Shown piece after piece: positions 52,504 to 64,000 of a stretch of DNA of 64,000 nt (positions are counted from its first letter, which is position 1; every line of letters starts with the position of its first letter). The notes under the pieces are model-generated. The model did no database searches. It saw only the letters and a program-made list of their open reading frames with translations, and had not been told where the DNA came from. Location: NCBI RefSeq assembly GCF_009914755.1, contig NC_060938.1. One strand, 5' to 3'. The stretch is from the human T2T-CHM13v2.0 reference genome, Homo sapiens. The position numbers were made by a program, and so were the translations under genes.

Positions 52504-52560
52504 GTACAATCACACAGGGACACAGTTCTTTGAAATTAAGAAGAGCAGACCTCTGACAGG
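52504..52560 (+). CDS. VASH1: VASH1 coding exon 3
   Basis: U12 branch CCCTTAAC then cag|; (Q)YNHTGTQFFEIKKSRPLTG; 57 nt; donor GTAAGT. Confidence 0.97.
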
Positions 52561-53272
52561 GTAAGTATGGGGAGGCCAGTCCTCTGCCCCAGGGCTGGCT
52601 TGGAGCTTCTTGAAAGCCCTATAGTGCACCTTGGAGAGGAAGTTTATGGGGCAGTCAGGGACTCTTCTGAAGGAAGCCAGCCTTTGGGGGCAGGTGCCAC
52701 CCTGGGGCCTTATGGATGTCATAAAGAGAAAAATCCGGCTGAGATGAACAGCCAGGGCTGCCTTGATGAAAAGGAAATCCCGGGTCCATGCTGAGCTAGA
52801 GGGTGGGAGAGCCGCCCCCAGCTCTTGCCTTGGCCAGGAGAGAGGGTGGTCCTAGGTGGATTGTAGGTGAGCCTCAGATCTTTTGTTTTTTAGTGAGAGG
52901 TGGACCTTGCAGGAGAGAGCCCTCCCTTCTCTGTTCTGCGGCTGCCGCACTCCCCATTGCTGATTCCCATTGCAGGGTACTTGCATGGTCACCCCATTTG
53001 CCTTACTCCGTGGACTCTTTTCTGGGCATTGAGTAGCAGGCTCAGGGTCTGAGCACAGGGAGCTCCCTGGAGAGAATGTTGCATCTCTCACTTCCCATCC
53101 CGCCACCCGTGTGTAGCCCCCTGCCTGGATTCACTTCCCCTGGAAAGTTTCTGCCCATGAAGCCCCGAGGGCAGAGGAGAGTGAAGAGTGAATGCCACAG
53201 CTGGGTCTAGGGGCTCTGCCCAAAGATGCCCACAGACTTAAGACCCCTGGGCTTTAAAAATTCATGTGAATT

Positions 53273-53584
<312 letters not shown>

Positions 53585-54449
53585 TCATATGAAGTTTACA
53601 TCTTGCCCCACACATAATCTATGTTTGCTTCTTTGTGAAAATGCATTTAAATGGCTTATTAGCAAAATTACTTAATTACACCCTCTCCGAGGCCCTGGAT
53701 GGAGTCCACCCTCCCTATCCCCAAAGCTTTGCTTTTGTTGGCCTGTGGCTGCTGTGTGCTGGGGAACCACTCCAGCCTTACTTGGCATGGAGGAGTCTGG
53801 GTGCCCTCCTGGGCAAAGCCAGTGACCAGGCTGAATTCCCAGGCTGGGGACAGAGGGAGGAACCACGCCTCAGGGAAAGGCTGTCTTAAAATGGCCTGAA
53901 TTCCAAGTTCAGGAGCAGATCTGTAGTCAGCAGGTAACTATCTGCCTAAGATCCCACATCCAGGCTCAGGCAGCTGCGGGGAGGCAGTTGCAGTCAATTA
54001 ACAAGCTCCTGGGAGAAGCCATGGTTGGGTCAGTGGTGTCTACTGTGCTTCAGAAGGGAAGAGATCGATGCTGACGTCCCTCCTCCCCCGACTGCCTCGC
54101 AGAAGGCCCCAGCCTGGTGGCTGGAGAGAAGTTGCCCCCAGCTTCTGCTGCCCTCCCCCAGAGCTCTTTGGAGCAAGAGCCAGGCGTGGGAGGTGGAAGT
54201 GAAAGAAGGGAAGAGCAGGGAGAGTGGGCCTCCTTCCTATCAGCAGTGGCCGCCTCTTTCCCACCCCCTCAGGCTCCAGACTTCCGTCCGTCGGGAGTGT
54301 GGAGGGAGGTGCTGGGCCTGAGCTGAGAGCAGCTTAGGGGGCAGCCTCTGTCCTTCTAGCATTTCTAGTCCACCCTGCCCCCTCCTTCTCACATTCCCCT
54401 GGAGGGGCTGGAGGCGCTGTCCTTACTGACCTGCCTCCCTTTCCCACAG

Positions 54450-54524
54450 GCTGATGGACCTGGCCAAGGAAATGACCAAAGAGGCCCTGCCAATCAAATG
54501 CCTGGAAGCCGTGATCCTGGGAAT
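54450..54524 (+). CDS. VASH1: VASH1 coding exon 4 (catalytic Cys169, TGC 54499-54501)
   Basis: Acceptor cctttcccacag|; LMDLAKEMTKEALPIKCLEAVILGI; 75 nt; followed by U12 donor GTATCCTT. Confidence 0.97.
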
Positions 54525-54609
54525 GTATCCTTCCTCGCCTGAAGGGGAGGGGTCCGGGCTTCTCTGGGCCTCAGCTTCCTGCTCTGAAAGTGAGGGTGGG
54601 GTAGGTTGA
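54525..54609 (+). CDS. VASH1: Alternative C-terminus from exon 4 read-through into intron 4 (204-aa short isoform, VASH1B-like)
   Basis: Frame continues MYPSSPEGEGSGLLWASASCSESEGGVG then TGA 54607-54609, total 204 aa, matching the length I recall for the short VASH1B isoform. Confidence 0.75.
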
Positions 54610-54929
54610 ATGGGCTCCAGGGCTCTCCCATATGCAGTCATCTGCTTGGCCCCAAGATGGAGAAGCACCCCACTAAAGTGGAAGAACCCCCCAAAATGGA
54701 GGAGCCCCGAGGTCCCAGTACCCCACATCTCAGTTGCTACCTTCCCAGGCTTACTGGGCAGCTCTTTTTTGAGTCACGTGGATACAGGGACCGTTTTCTG
54801 AACCCCAAATCAGGGCACAGTGTCTCACAAAGACAGTTGTACCATTTCCAAGAACTAGACAGTCTGGGAGGCACAGTTGGAATGCCCAGATGTTGGCATT
54901 TCCAGAACATGTTGATTTCTGGACGAGAT

Positions 54930-54935
54930 ATTAAA
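54930..54935 (+). terminator. Candidate intronic poly(A) signal ATTAAA for the short isoform
   Basis: ATTAAA ~320 nt after the read-through stop, 13 nt before a genomic A13 run (54949-54961). Confidence 0.45.
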
Positions 54936-56099
54936 GCAAAACTGCCTTAAAAAAAAAAAAACCACAAACAAGGTTTTCCAGTCACACCCCCGCCTCCAAC
55001 CCAAAGGGCAGAAGTGGGGCCTGTAGCTGAGTCACCAGGGTAGCCTTGGAGACAGACCAGCCACCAGGAGAGGCTGTCCTCCCCAGCCCCACAGTCAACA
55101 GCGGGAGAGGAGGAAGTGTTTATGGCTGGTTCTCCATCCTAACTGGTCAATGCCTGAGCCCTACCTTTTCTTCTCAGTCATTTTATTATTAAAAATGTCA
55201 TAAATACACGTGAAACCTAGAACAACATCATGAACTCCTGTGCACCCGTTACTCAGCTTCACCAACTCAAAGCCAATTCTGTTTCATCTCTTCCACCCTG
55301 CCCGTATTCTTTACCAGCTTTTAAACATTTTGCCTGCGCCCCTGGGGTAGGCAGCCCACTGGGCTCAGTGCTGCAGAGGAGCACAGATTAGGTGGGAGCC
55401 AAGAGGGTGACGGGGAGGGGGTCTGATGGAACAGGAGTCCCATCTGAGGGCAGGTCCTGGGAGGACTGTGATCCAGGGGTCCATCCCCACCCCCCACACA
55501 GACATGCCTGCCTGAAGTTCACACAAAGAGGCTGCGGGTGCCCTTCTCTTCCCGCAGAGGTCTCGGAGGGAACGCCACTATGGCAGGCATTTGCTAACAG
55601 GGCAGGCCCATTTCTGGAGCCCGACATCCCTGCCCTGTTTATGGGGTTCTTTGCTGGGATAAGCCTGAGGCCACCCGAGAAATTCAGGCTGCAGGCAGTG
55701 CCTCCTTCATGTCTTCACGTTCACTTCTCCCTCAGGGGTCACACACCAAAGTGGAGGCTCCCACCCTCATAGGAGAGAGACTGGTCCTTTTCCCCAGGAG
55801 GACACACAGAAGTCACTCCAGGCAGGGTCCTATGGTCTCAAAGCTTTTCAGGGGTCACCTGGTGGCTTGTGGGCAGGAATAAAATAGGAACAGCCCCCAT
55901 CTGGGTGAGGGGCTCCTTCTCAGTGTCCCCACAGCTCCCTCAGGCACAGCACACGCCGTGGTTCTCACGTCTTGTCCTCGCCGCACTCTGAGCCTCTGCA
56001 GGGCCGGGCTGTGCATTTCTCATCGCTGTATCCTTGGTCACTTACAAGGAGTCAGGCTCAGTAAGCATTGGTGGAATGAGAGTAGTGCTGGAGGGACCG

Positions 56100-56520
56100 T
56101 GGCATAATGTCTCAACACAGACTTTGGGGTCAGGTTGACCTGGACTTGAATCGTGGCTGGGCTGCTGACTCACTGTGTGACCCCCAAGGAAGTTCCTTAA
56201 CATCTCTGAGCCTGGGAGTCCTCCTCTGCAAAGGGGGATAGTGGCAGTGTGTAGAGTTGTTAGGACAATGGGCCGAGCCGGTGCCGTGAGACGCAGCACA
56301 GTGCTGGACATGGTGTCTGCTACACGCTTCTATCCATTCATGTCCTTCTACCCATTTGTTCGAGAACTTTCACTGAGTAACTGTTGTGTGCCCGGCTTGA
56401 TGCTGGGCCCTGAAGAACATGACAGACAAGGGCCCTGTGCTTGGGAGGTTTGCATTCTAGTGGAGGAGACAAAATAAGCAAGTAAGGAAAAAGAAGCAGT
56501 AAACACTGGTCATGGTGAGA
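56100..56520. mobile_element. MIR and L2 fragments (intron 4)
   Basis: ctgtgtgacc...cttaacatctctgagcct (MIR) and cactgagtaactgttgtgtgcccggc...cattctagtggaggagaca (L2). Confidence 0.55.
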
Positions 56521-57203
56521 GTGCCGTGGAGGAGGTGGACGGTGGCGCAGGCTCAGCTTCAGTCCTGAGCAGCAGCCAACTTTGGCAGGCAGGGGAAAAG
56601 GCCGGTGTGAGAAACTCAGGTGGGAGGCCCCGGGGGCTGGAGAGGTGAGCAGGTGGGGCAGAGGTGTAGGAAGTGGGAGTGGGCCTGGGGCTGGCTGGGG
56701 GCACCTCCCAGGCCTCAGTAGTACACGTGATTGTATTTGAAGGGCCACAGGCAGGGTTGCATGTGGATATGGGGAGAGGACAGGGTGAGGGTAAGAGAAG
56801 AGTGAAGCCGCGTCTGTGGCCTGTGTGTGTGCCAAGGTGCGGGATGGAGGACGAGGGAGTGAGGCAGGGGAGGGAAGGCTTCTCTTCCGTCCTTGGGCCA
56901 CTGGGCTCTGGAAAGCCCTGCAGTGTGGCACCAGCCCTGCTGGACTTTAGAGCGGTGGCCACAAATCCCTGGAAGCCCCGTGCCTATTCGAGGTTCCCTT
57001 TATTGAGCTCCAGCTGGATACCAGGCTCAATGCTAGATGGCAGGAATACCAGGAGGAGACGCCAGGCGTATGGAGATGAGCAGGACTGGTGTCTGCACCC
57101 CAAGGCTGGCGGTGCGTGGACCCCGTGGCTCCCGGTCCCAGTCCCTCCCGGTGTGCTGGCCCCGTGCTTCTCCTGGCTCTTTCCTTAGCGGGGCACTGGC
57201 CAG

Positions 57204-57585
57204 TTACCTCACCAACAGCATGCCCACCCTGGAGCGCTTCCCCATCAGCTTCAAGACCTACTTCTCAGGGAACTACTTCCGCCACATCGTGCTGGGGGTG
57301 AACTTCGCGGGCCGCTACGGTGCGCTGGGCATGAGTCGGCGCGAGGACCTGATGTACAAGCCGCCCGCCTTCCGCACGCTCAGCGAGCTCGTGCTGGACT
57401 TCGAGGCCGCCTACGGCCGCTGCTGGCACGTGCTCAAGAAGGTGAAGCTGGGCCAGAGCGTGTCACACGACCCGCACAGCGTGGAGCAGATCGAGTGGAA
57501 GCACTCGGTGCTGGACGTGGAGCGCCTGGGCCGCGATGACTTCCGCAAGGAGCTGGAGCGCCACGCCCGCGACATGCGGCTCAAG
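57204..57585 (+). CDS. VASH1: VASH1 coding exon 5 (catalytic His204 at 57283, Ser221 at 57334)
   Basis: YLTNSMPTLERFPISFKTYFSGNYFRHIVLG...GALGMSRREDLM...ELERHARDMRLK; 382 nt keeps frame; donor AAG|GTCTGC. Confidence 0.97.
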
Positions 57586-59270
57586 GTCTGCCCGCCTTCC
57601 ACGCCCTCGCCCCCTCCCTCGCCCCCTCCCCCGCCCCAGCAGAGGCGATGTGAGGATTGAGAGGACTGGGGAGCTTCTCAGGGGACTGGGGTGCTGGGAC
57701 CTTGCTTAGTGGTCGATATTGTTCAGGTGGTCCCCTGGGGTGGGCAGACCAGGACGGCTGCGGAGGGAGGAGGTGGGTGGGCTGGGTTTGGATGGTGGTA
57801 GGTGTTGGGCACATGGCAAGGTCACTGGTGGAGAATCACGGCCTGTCTGGAGGGTGTGATCGGGTGCTGTGATGGGCAGCCTCCCCACTCCTCCTGTAAC
57901 ATATCCTGACTCTGCCCCCCAACCCTAGCAACCATTAAAGGACTAGGAGGTGGTCAGAAGAAAGGGAAGTCAGACCATGTGGAAGACAATGAGGGCAGTG
58001 TTCCTTCTTCCTCTTCCCACCCACACTTGAGCAGGAGGTGATAGGGAGTTGGGCTGGGGGCTGTTGTACCAAAAACAGCTGGGCTGAGCTGTTGAGCCCT
58101 AGAGCCTTTCAGCAGGCAGAATTCTGACATCTGCCTGGGTTCTCCTGGGGCTGCCAGGGCCCCCTGCTGGGTATCTCCATAGCTCAGTCACTGCTGCACT
58201 GTGACTGCCCCTCCAGGCAGCCTGGAGCCTCCGCCTCAACCACCGACCTCTGCACTCCCAAGTGCACTGCTTCTCTTGACAGCCCTGGGAGGCCAGCGGG
58301 CGGTAGGTGGTAGCTCCATTTTCAGGGTTGGAAGCCCAGAGTCTTGCTCACTGGCAGTGAGAGGCAGATCAGACTGGAGCTCAGCCTCCTGATGGGGTGA
58401 TGGGGAACCCAGGTGTGTTGCAGGTGCCTGCAGGTGTCCTGGCAGGGGTTTGTAAGAGCTACGGCTGCCCTAGCCATTGCCAGCCCTAGGCCAAGATCTC
58501 CTGGGGTGACAGTGCCTTCCCCTAGGGCAGAGGCAGGCTGCAGCCAACCCTGCGTTAGAGAGGGGCTGCTCTCTTCTGCCCCTGAGCTGCCGCTCCCCAC
58601 CTAGCTCTGGGTCCCCCAGCACCCTGGCTCTTGCTGCTCAGTTTGCTATTGTGTCTTTAAGGCATCAGATTGGATCTAGGGTGAGAGCCAACAGTTCCCT
58701 AGTGTTTAGAGCTGTGATGGATTCCCAGCCTATTCAGTGCTAAACACTCACCTGTGTTACTTGCCCCTCTCCAGCACTCCTGCGTTTTGAAAACTCAAGT
58801 CAAGCTGACGGTGCCATATAAAGGATGACTCTTTTGTTTTTCTCATTTTTTTCTTAAGCAGAGCTAAAGCTACCAGTCTGACTTCTCAATGGCTGGAGAT
58901 ACCCAGCATCACCCTTGGGGTGAGTGGGATCTCAGCCCCAAGTTCAGTGTGGGCTGCTCCCACAACTGGCACGTTTACCTGGCCTTTGTTGGGGACTTTT
59001 TGCAATATTATGGTATCTCAGTGACTTCCCCCACTTCCACTCTGCCTTCAGGAGCCCACAGGGATTGGACAGCCCCATGGAGGAACTCCTGCTCTGGCAG
59101 CTTTAGTGCCTGGGAAATAGGTTGGGAAAGATCCAGACAGGGAAGAGCCATGCTTGAGGTTCCCCGGGCCTTCCCCAGGGCAGCCTCCAGGGACCTGTGG
59201 CTCCTGGAAGGAGAGGTTGGGCTCCAGGGCAGTCCTGGAGTGATGCTGTTGCTTCCTCCTCTGCACCTAG

Positions 59271-59383
59271 ATTGGCAAAGGGACGGGCCCTCCCTCTCCC
59301 ACCAAGGACCGGAAGAAGGATGTTTCTTCCCCGCAGCGGGCCCAGTCCAGCCCCCACCGCAGGAACAGCCGCAGTGAAAGACG
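59271..59383 (+). CDS. VASH1: VASH1 coding exon 6
   Basis: Acceptor cctcctctgcacctag|; IGKGTGPPSPTKDRKKDVSSPQRAQSSPHRRNSRSER; 113 nt; donor GTGAGA. Confidence 0.96.
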
Positions 59384-60257
59384 GTGAGAGAGGGACCACG
59401 CCTGGGTGGGTCCAAAGAGGGTTTTTTTCCTTTCCTCTCATCGTGTGGGTCCCTTTTTTTTTTTATCTCTCTCCCACCCTTCTCTCTTTTTCGCTCCCAC
59501 CCAAGGGAGGTGACTTGGGATGGTGGGTTTAGAGGTTTGTGTATTGACATTTCCCACAGCAAGGCAGTTCTACTTCCCCAGAGAAACCAAACTCTGCTAG
59601 CCCACTAGTCTGAGCATGGGTTATGTGAGAGAAAAGGTAGAAAGGATGGGGCCCCTGCAAGGCAGTAAGCCACCCAGGAATGTCATGGGGGAGGGCGTGA
59701 ATATTAGATGGCTTTGAACATAACTTTGCCCCCCACCCAAGAGTCTGGTTTTTGTCTGTATCCAGGTAGCAAGAACAAGCCATTGAAATACCAGCTCTCC
59801 TCCTCTGATTTCAGCTCCTACACATCACTCTGACTCTTGCTTTAAATATAATTGTCATTCAGGAGCCACCTCTCTGGTATGAATTCAGGGGTGGGGTACT
59901 AAGCAGGCCTCTGGCACCAAAATATCCATCATCTGTGACTTTTATCTAAGAGGCTTTTGTAGATGACAGATTCCCCTCAGACAGATTTATACTTTAAGCT
60001 GTTACCTACCAACTGCAGCCAGATTAGCCAGCCTCCAGCAGCGAGAAAGCCTGTGAGAGCGAGCCGGGGCCACATTCAGACAGCACAGGCGGGCCAGGGT
60101 GTCCAAAAACACACTTCCATACGCACTGTGCTGTGCGTTGGAGGGCCACTTGGAGAATGTGGCGGGGAAGCCACCAGGCAGCCGCTGCTGGCTCCCCAAC
60201 TCCATCTCCCTAACAGACCACTCACTCTCCTCCCGCTCTGCTCTCTTCCTCCCACAG

Positions 60258-60330
60258 GCCCTCGGGTGACAAGAAGACTTCCGAGCCCAAAGCCATGCCA
60301 GACCTTAACGGGTACCAGATCCGGGTCTGA
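60258..60330 (+). CDS. VASH1: VASH1 last coding exon (to TGA)
   Basis: Acceptor ctcttcctcccacag|; (R)PSGDKKTSEPKAMPDLNGYQIRV*; exon sum 309+89+57+75+382+113+73 = 1098 nt = 365 aa + stop. Confidence 0.97.
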
Positions 60331-63300
60331 GGCGGATGCCAGCACCCCAGGCCCCACCCACTCTTGGGGGCCAGGATCCACCTGCTGGAACCAGCCTTAT
60401 GCATGGGGAAGGCGGGGCTGGTGACAAGGCAGGGCAAGAGGCTGCAGGAAGAGTGTGTTCCAGCTCAGCCCCCCAAGCTGCTCTCGCTCCCACTGAGCCA
60501 AGCCCCCTAACTTTGGGCCTAGAGGCCGTTAGTATTTTATTTGGAGTTTTTAACTCTACAACTGAAGTTTAAGGTATTTGGGGAAAACTTAGTCCAAATG
60601 GATCTGCTGATGGTGGGAAGGCCAGTGCTTAACAAATCCATGTGTCATGGGGCCAGGTGAGGGAAACTGCTGGTTCTGCTGGTGCCTCTGCCCCTGGCTT
60701 CTCTCTGGGAGTTGGGTGCATCTTATCAGTGGGAAATCTCCCAGCCTTACCAGGCCTGTGATGGGGGGTGGGGGTGGGGTGGAGATGTTTCTCCAGTTCT
60801 GCCTGCCCTGGCAGAATCTTGACCCAGGGAAAGGGAAGCAGGGTAGGAGTCCTTCTGAGAAAGGTCTGTGTAGCCCATTAACCAGGAGCTTGGCACAGGC
60901 CACATCTGCCCCAAGAGCATGAGCTCGTGGCTCAGGAGAGCCTTCAGGCCCTTGAGGCCCCCATGGGCAGTGCTGTGTGGGCAGAGGAGGGGTGATATGA
61001 GAGCGAGCCCAGGGAAGGACCTCTGGGCAAAAAGTTCCCAGGCCCTAACTGCGTCTACTTGCTCAGTCCCAGCTCTGCCTGTTGCTCTAGCCCACAGGCT
61101 CCCTGCGGAGGGTCTGGGCTTGGCGGAGGACCCAGAATGGCACTGAGGCCAGCATGGCTGTGGGAGTTGAGCAAACCCTGGGTGCCAGTCCAGGAGCTGT
61201 GGCTGGACATGGGGTGATGGGGCGGGATGCTTGGGCCTGGGTCTCTCCGCCAGCAGTGCCAGGAGCCCTTGCTGGGGAAATCAAGACCAGACTAGGATGC
61301 TTCTGCCCCAGGCCTGCCTTCCATTCTTTAACAGCCCATCTTGGCTTGGGGTTGCAATGATGGCTGGGCCAGTCACTTGTGGCAGGGCATCAGGGCCCTG
61401 GCAGGGAAGAACCTAGGCACCTGGGGTTGTCCCCAGCCTGCCCGTCAGCATGAGATACCCAGTGGGAAAGTGAGAGGATGCGGAGAGGTTGGCAGAGCCA
61501 GGGGTAGGTTCTGGAGGCTCAAGCAACAAGGAGGTGCAGGTAAAGGGTGCAGTGCAGCCACTGAGGGACAGCTGGGAACTGGGGGATGCAAGTGAGAAAG
61601 GGATGTGGGGGAGAGTTCAGGATCAGGCTGCTTGAGGAGTAATGGGTTACCTACAGCAGAGACGAGATGGCTGTTTGTCAGGAGGCGGTAGAAAGGTAGA
61701 AAGGATTCAGATTGTGGAAGGGTAAATGGATGAGATGACCATTAAGGTTTTGTTTTACTGAGAGGCTGTAAGTCTGCCAGGGACAGCTGTCAGTAAGGCT
61801 GCAGAAGGGCTGGGGGGCTACACAAGGAAGAGCAGAACTAGGGTTGTAAGCTCAAATGACGAGCAAACGGTGAGAAGGAGGCCTGAAGGGCTGTGTGGGG
61901 ACTATGGCTACCTGAAGAGGGCACACCCTGTTAAAGGGGCCACAGCTGCTCAGCTGTTCTTACAGTGCCGGCCCTGTGTTGCCAGATTGTCTGCTTTGTC
62001 AGAGGCCAGAATTCTGACTTTTTATGTGAAATAGGATTTTTAAATGCTGGTGATCACTTAAAAAAAACTTAAAAACCCAATACTGGCAAAAGAGGATGCC
62101 AGTTTGCAATCCCTGAAGTAGAGAGAGCTCGTGCTGGGGAGAAGTCCACCAAGATGCTTTGAGGCGGGCTGTAGCAAAGTCCTGTTTCTCAGAGCTGGGC
62201 TGGGCTGGGGTAGGATCCTTGCAGCTGAGGAGGAGGAAAAGCCACTGAGTCTCCTCCCAGAGCGGGACAAACCAGAGGCCCTTTGCAGTTGCTGGGTCAC
62301 CAGCGGGGGTGGCGCATGGAGTACAGACAGTGTAGCTCTTGGCCTGCCAGGGAGACGGATGGTGCCTTTGAAGCAAAGAGGAAGGGAAGGCAGAACCAGG
62401 GATGCCTTTGCTGATGAGAGTGCCTGTCAGGGAAGGCGCCACAGGCTGGCAGCTCTTCAAACCAGCAGCGCTTGACCCAGAGCCAGATCCAGCATGGCCT
62501 GGCCAGAGGCACCCTGGGAGGCCAGCTGGTCAGTCCCTTGCCTCCCCAAGTTCCCCCTGGGGTCAATGAGCCCTGGGAGGATGCCTAACCTAACTCCAGC
62601 CAGACTAATAGGGGCATGGTGACCCTTGACTCACCATCCCATCCCAGCTTTCAGGGAGTGGGGGTAGTGTGGTCTCCATGTTCCTACTATGCCTAAGAAG
62701 AGATGGCTCACCTTGGGAGGTGCCAGGCTGAAACTAGGTCCTTTCCGGGTCTGGATGCTGCCGCTCAGGAGCAGGGGCGTGGCCTCAGCTGCCTCTGGGA
62801 GCTTCCCGGGAATGACAGGGTTTGAGGGGAGTAGATATGAGAGGGAGCCGCTCCTGGTTCTGGAGTCTTAGGAGGTTCCAACTTGCAGGATCCTTTCCCA
62901 GAGCCCTCCATGGAGAAAACAGCAAAATGAAGCCCTTACCTGCTTGCTGTCTGCAAGGGAGGGAGCCGAGCCCCAGCTGATAATCCCCCAGCACTCACCC
63001 TTCCTGAGCTGAGACTTCGGGGCTGTGGAGACCAGCACAGGACATAGTGGTGCTTTTTAAATTTATTTTTAACTGTTTCTCATATGTAGCAACCCCTCCT
63101 CCCCTCCTGGGCATGTTTACACAGGCTCTGCTCTGGGGGCTGGCCTGGCTGTGAGGTTTCTGGGGAGGCAGAGAGGCAGGGACTTTGGGGCCTTAGTCAC
63201 CATCCATGGTATCACCTCATCTCACTTCCTGTGAGGGACAGGGCCTGGCTGATGTGATCCCAGCTCCCCCCAGTTCAGGACTGTCTTTCAGCTCCTTTGC

Positions 63301-64000
63301 CCCTGGAGGTGGGGGCTGCTGGCTGAGGAGGGGTCAAGGTGAGTTCAAGAAAGCTACCTGTGGAAAATGGACCAGGTTGGGGGGGTGATTGCAAAGTCTC
63401 CCCAAAGCCTGGCTCCTCATGCTCAGTGCCAGGGGCAGAACACTGGGGAGCCAGGTATAGAGAGCCTTCCTGTCATAACTGCCAGTCCTCTTCCTCCAAG
63501 GCCTCTGCATATTCTCATGTTCCCCTCACCCATCATGCCAGCCACCCCTATCCCTCTTCTAGCAGGGCCAAGATGGGGACAGCAGCAGCCCTCTGGCCTT
63601 GGGATGTGATGATAAAGCAAGCCTAGGGCCAGGGTTTGGGGAGCAGAGAGAGCCAAGAAGTTGACCACGTGTGATTTCCAGCCCTTCCCACTGGGACTTG
63701 ACTTCCCAGGTCAAGGAGTCCGTCTCATTCTGGCTGGTCGAGTGACCAGAGGCCTGTGTGAATGTGTGCACCTGCTTTTCCTGCCTGGAATGTTTTCTGG
63801 CTCAGCTGCAGCAACATCTGTGAGCCCAGTGTCTGCCCTGTGTCCCTGGGCTCGCTCCAAGTGCAGGAACATACATGCAGGGCCCAACATGATGATGGTG
63901 TGAAGGGCAGGAAACAGTCCTCTGAAGGAGTGGGGAGGTGGGCAGTCTGCCCCCGCCAGGTACCATCGCCTCCTGCCAGCTTCCTTAGACCAGGCAGGGC
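60331..64000 (+). other. VASH1: VASH1 3'UTR (continues beyond window)
   Basis: Follows the stop codon; I found no AATAAA/ATTAAA before the window end; largely free of young repeats. Confidence 0.75.

Larger units (their letters stand above)
54525..57203 (+). other. U12-type (minor) GT-AG intron 4 of VASH1
   Basis: 5'ss GTATCCTTCC; branch-like TTCCTTAGC at 57181-57189 then ggggcactggccag with no pyrimidine tract. Confidence 0.9.

Noticed and set aside
57037-57660. 207-aa ORF as a standalone gene
   Set aside because: It is VASH1 exon 5 plus in-frame intronic flanks.
59008-64000. Minus-strand ORFs / possible antisense gene over the VASH1 3' end
   Set aside because: No coding signature or definable exon structure from sequence alone; an antisense lncRNA cannot be supported or excluded without transcript data.

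Overview
Human/primate genomic DNA containing the complete coding region of VASH1 (vasohibin-1, tubulin detyrosinating carboxypeptidase) on the + strand. Seven coding exons (44116-60330) splice to exactly 1098 nt = 365 aa + stop. A CpG-island promoter lies at ~42.5-43.7 kb, and the long 3'UTR appears to run off the window. Introns 2 and 4 carry U12 (minor spliceosome) signals; read-through of intron 4 gives a 204-aa protein lacking two catalytic-triad residues. The upstream ~42 kb is intergenic and dominated by transposable elements: many Alus, solo ERV/MaLR LTRs, a near full-length old antisense L1, a full-length L1PA and two SVAs, several deeply nested. The most unusual structures are a ~450-bp near-perfect fold-back inverted duplication (38317-39388) and a small locally templated insertion inside an Alu tail (47709-47741). 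I see no convincing evidence of a wholly new multi-gene system; nearly all other ORFs in the track derive from repeats or GC-rich sequence. Repeat subfamily names are from memory and need RepeatMasker/Dfam confirmation.
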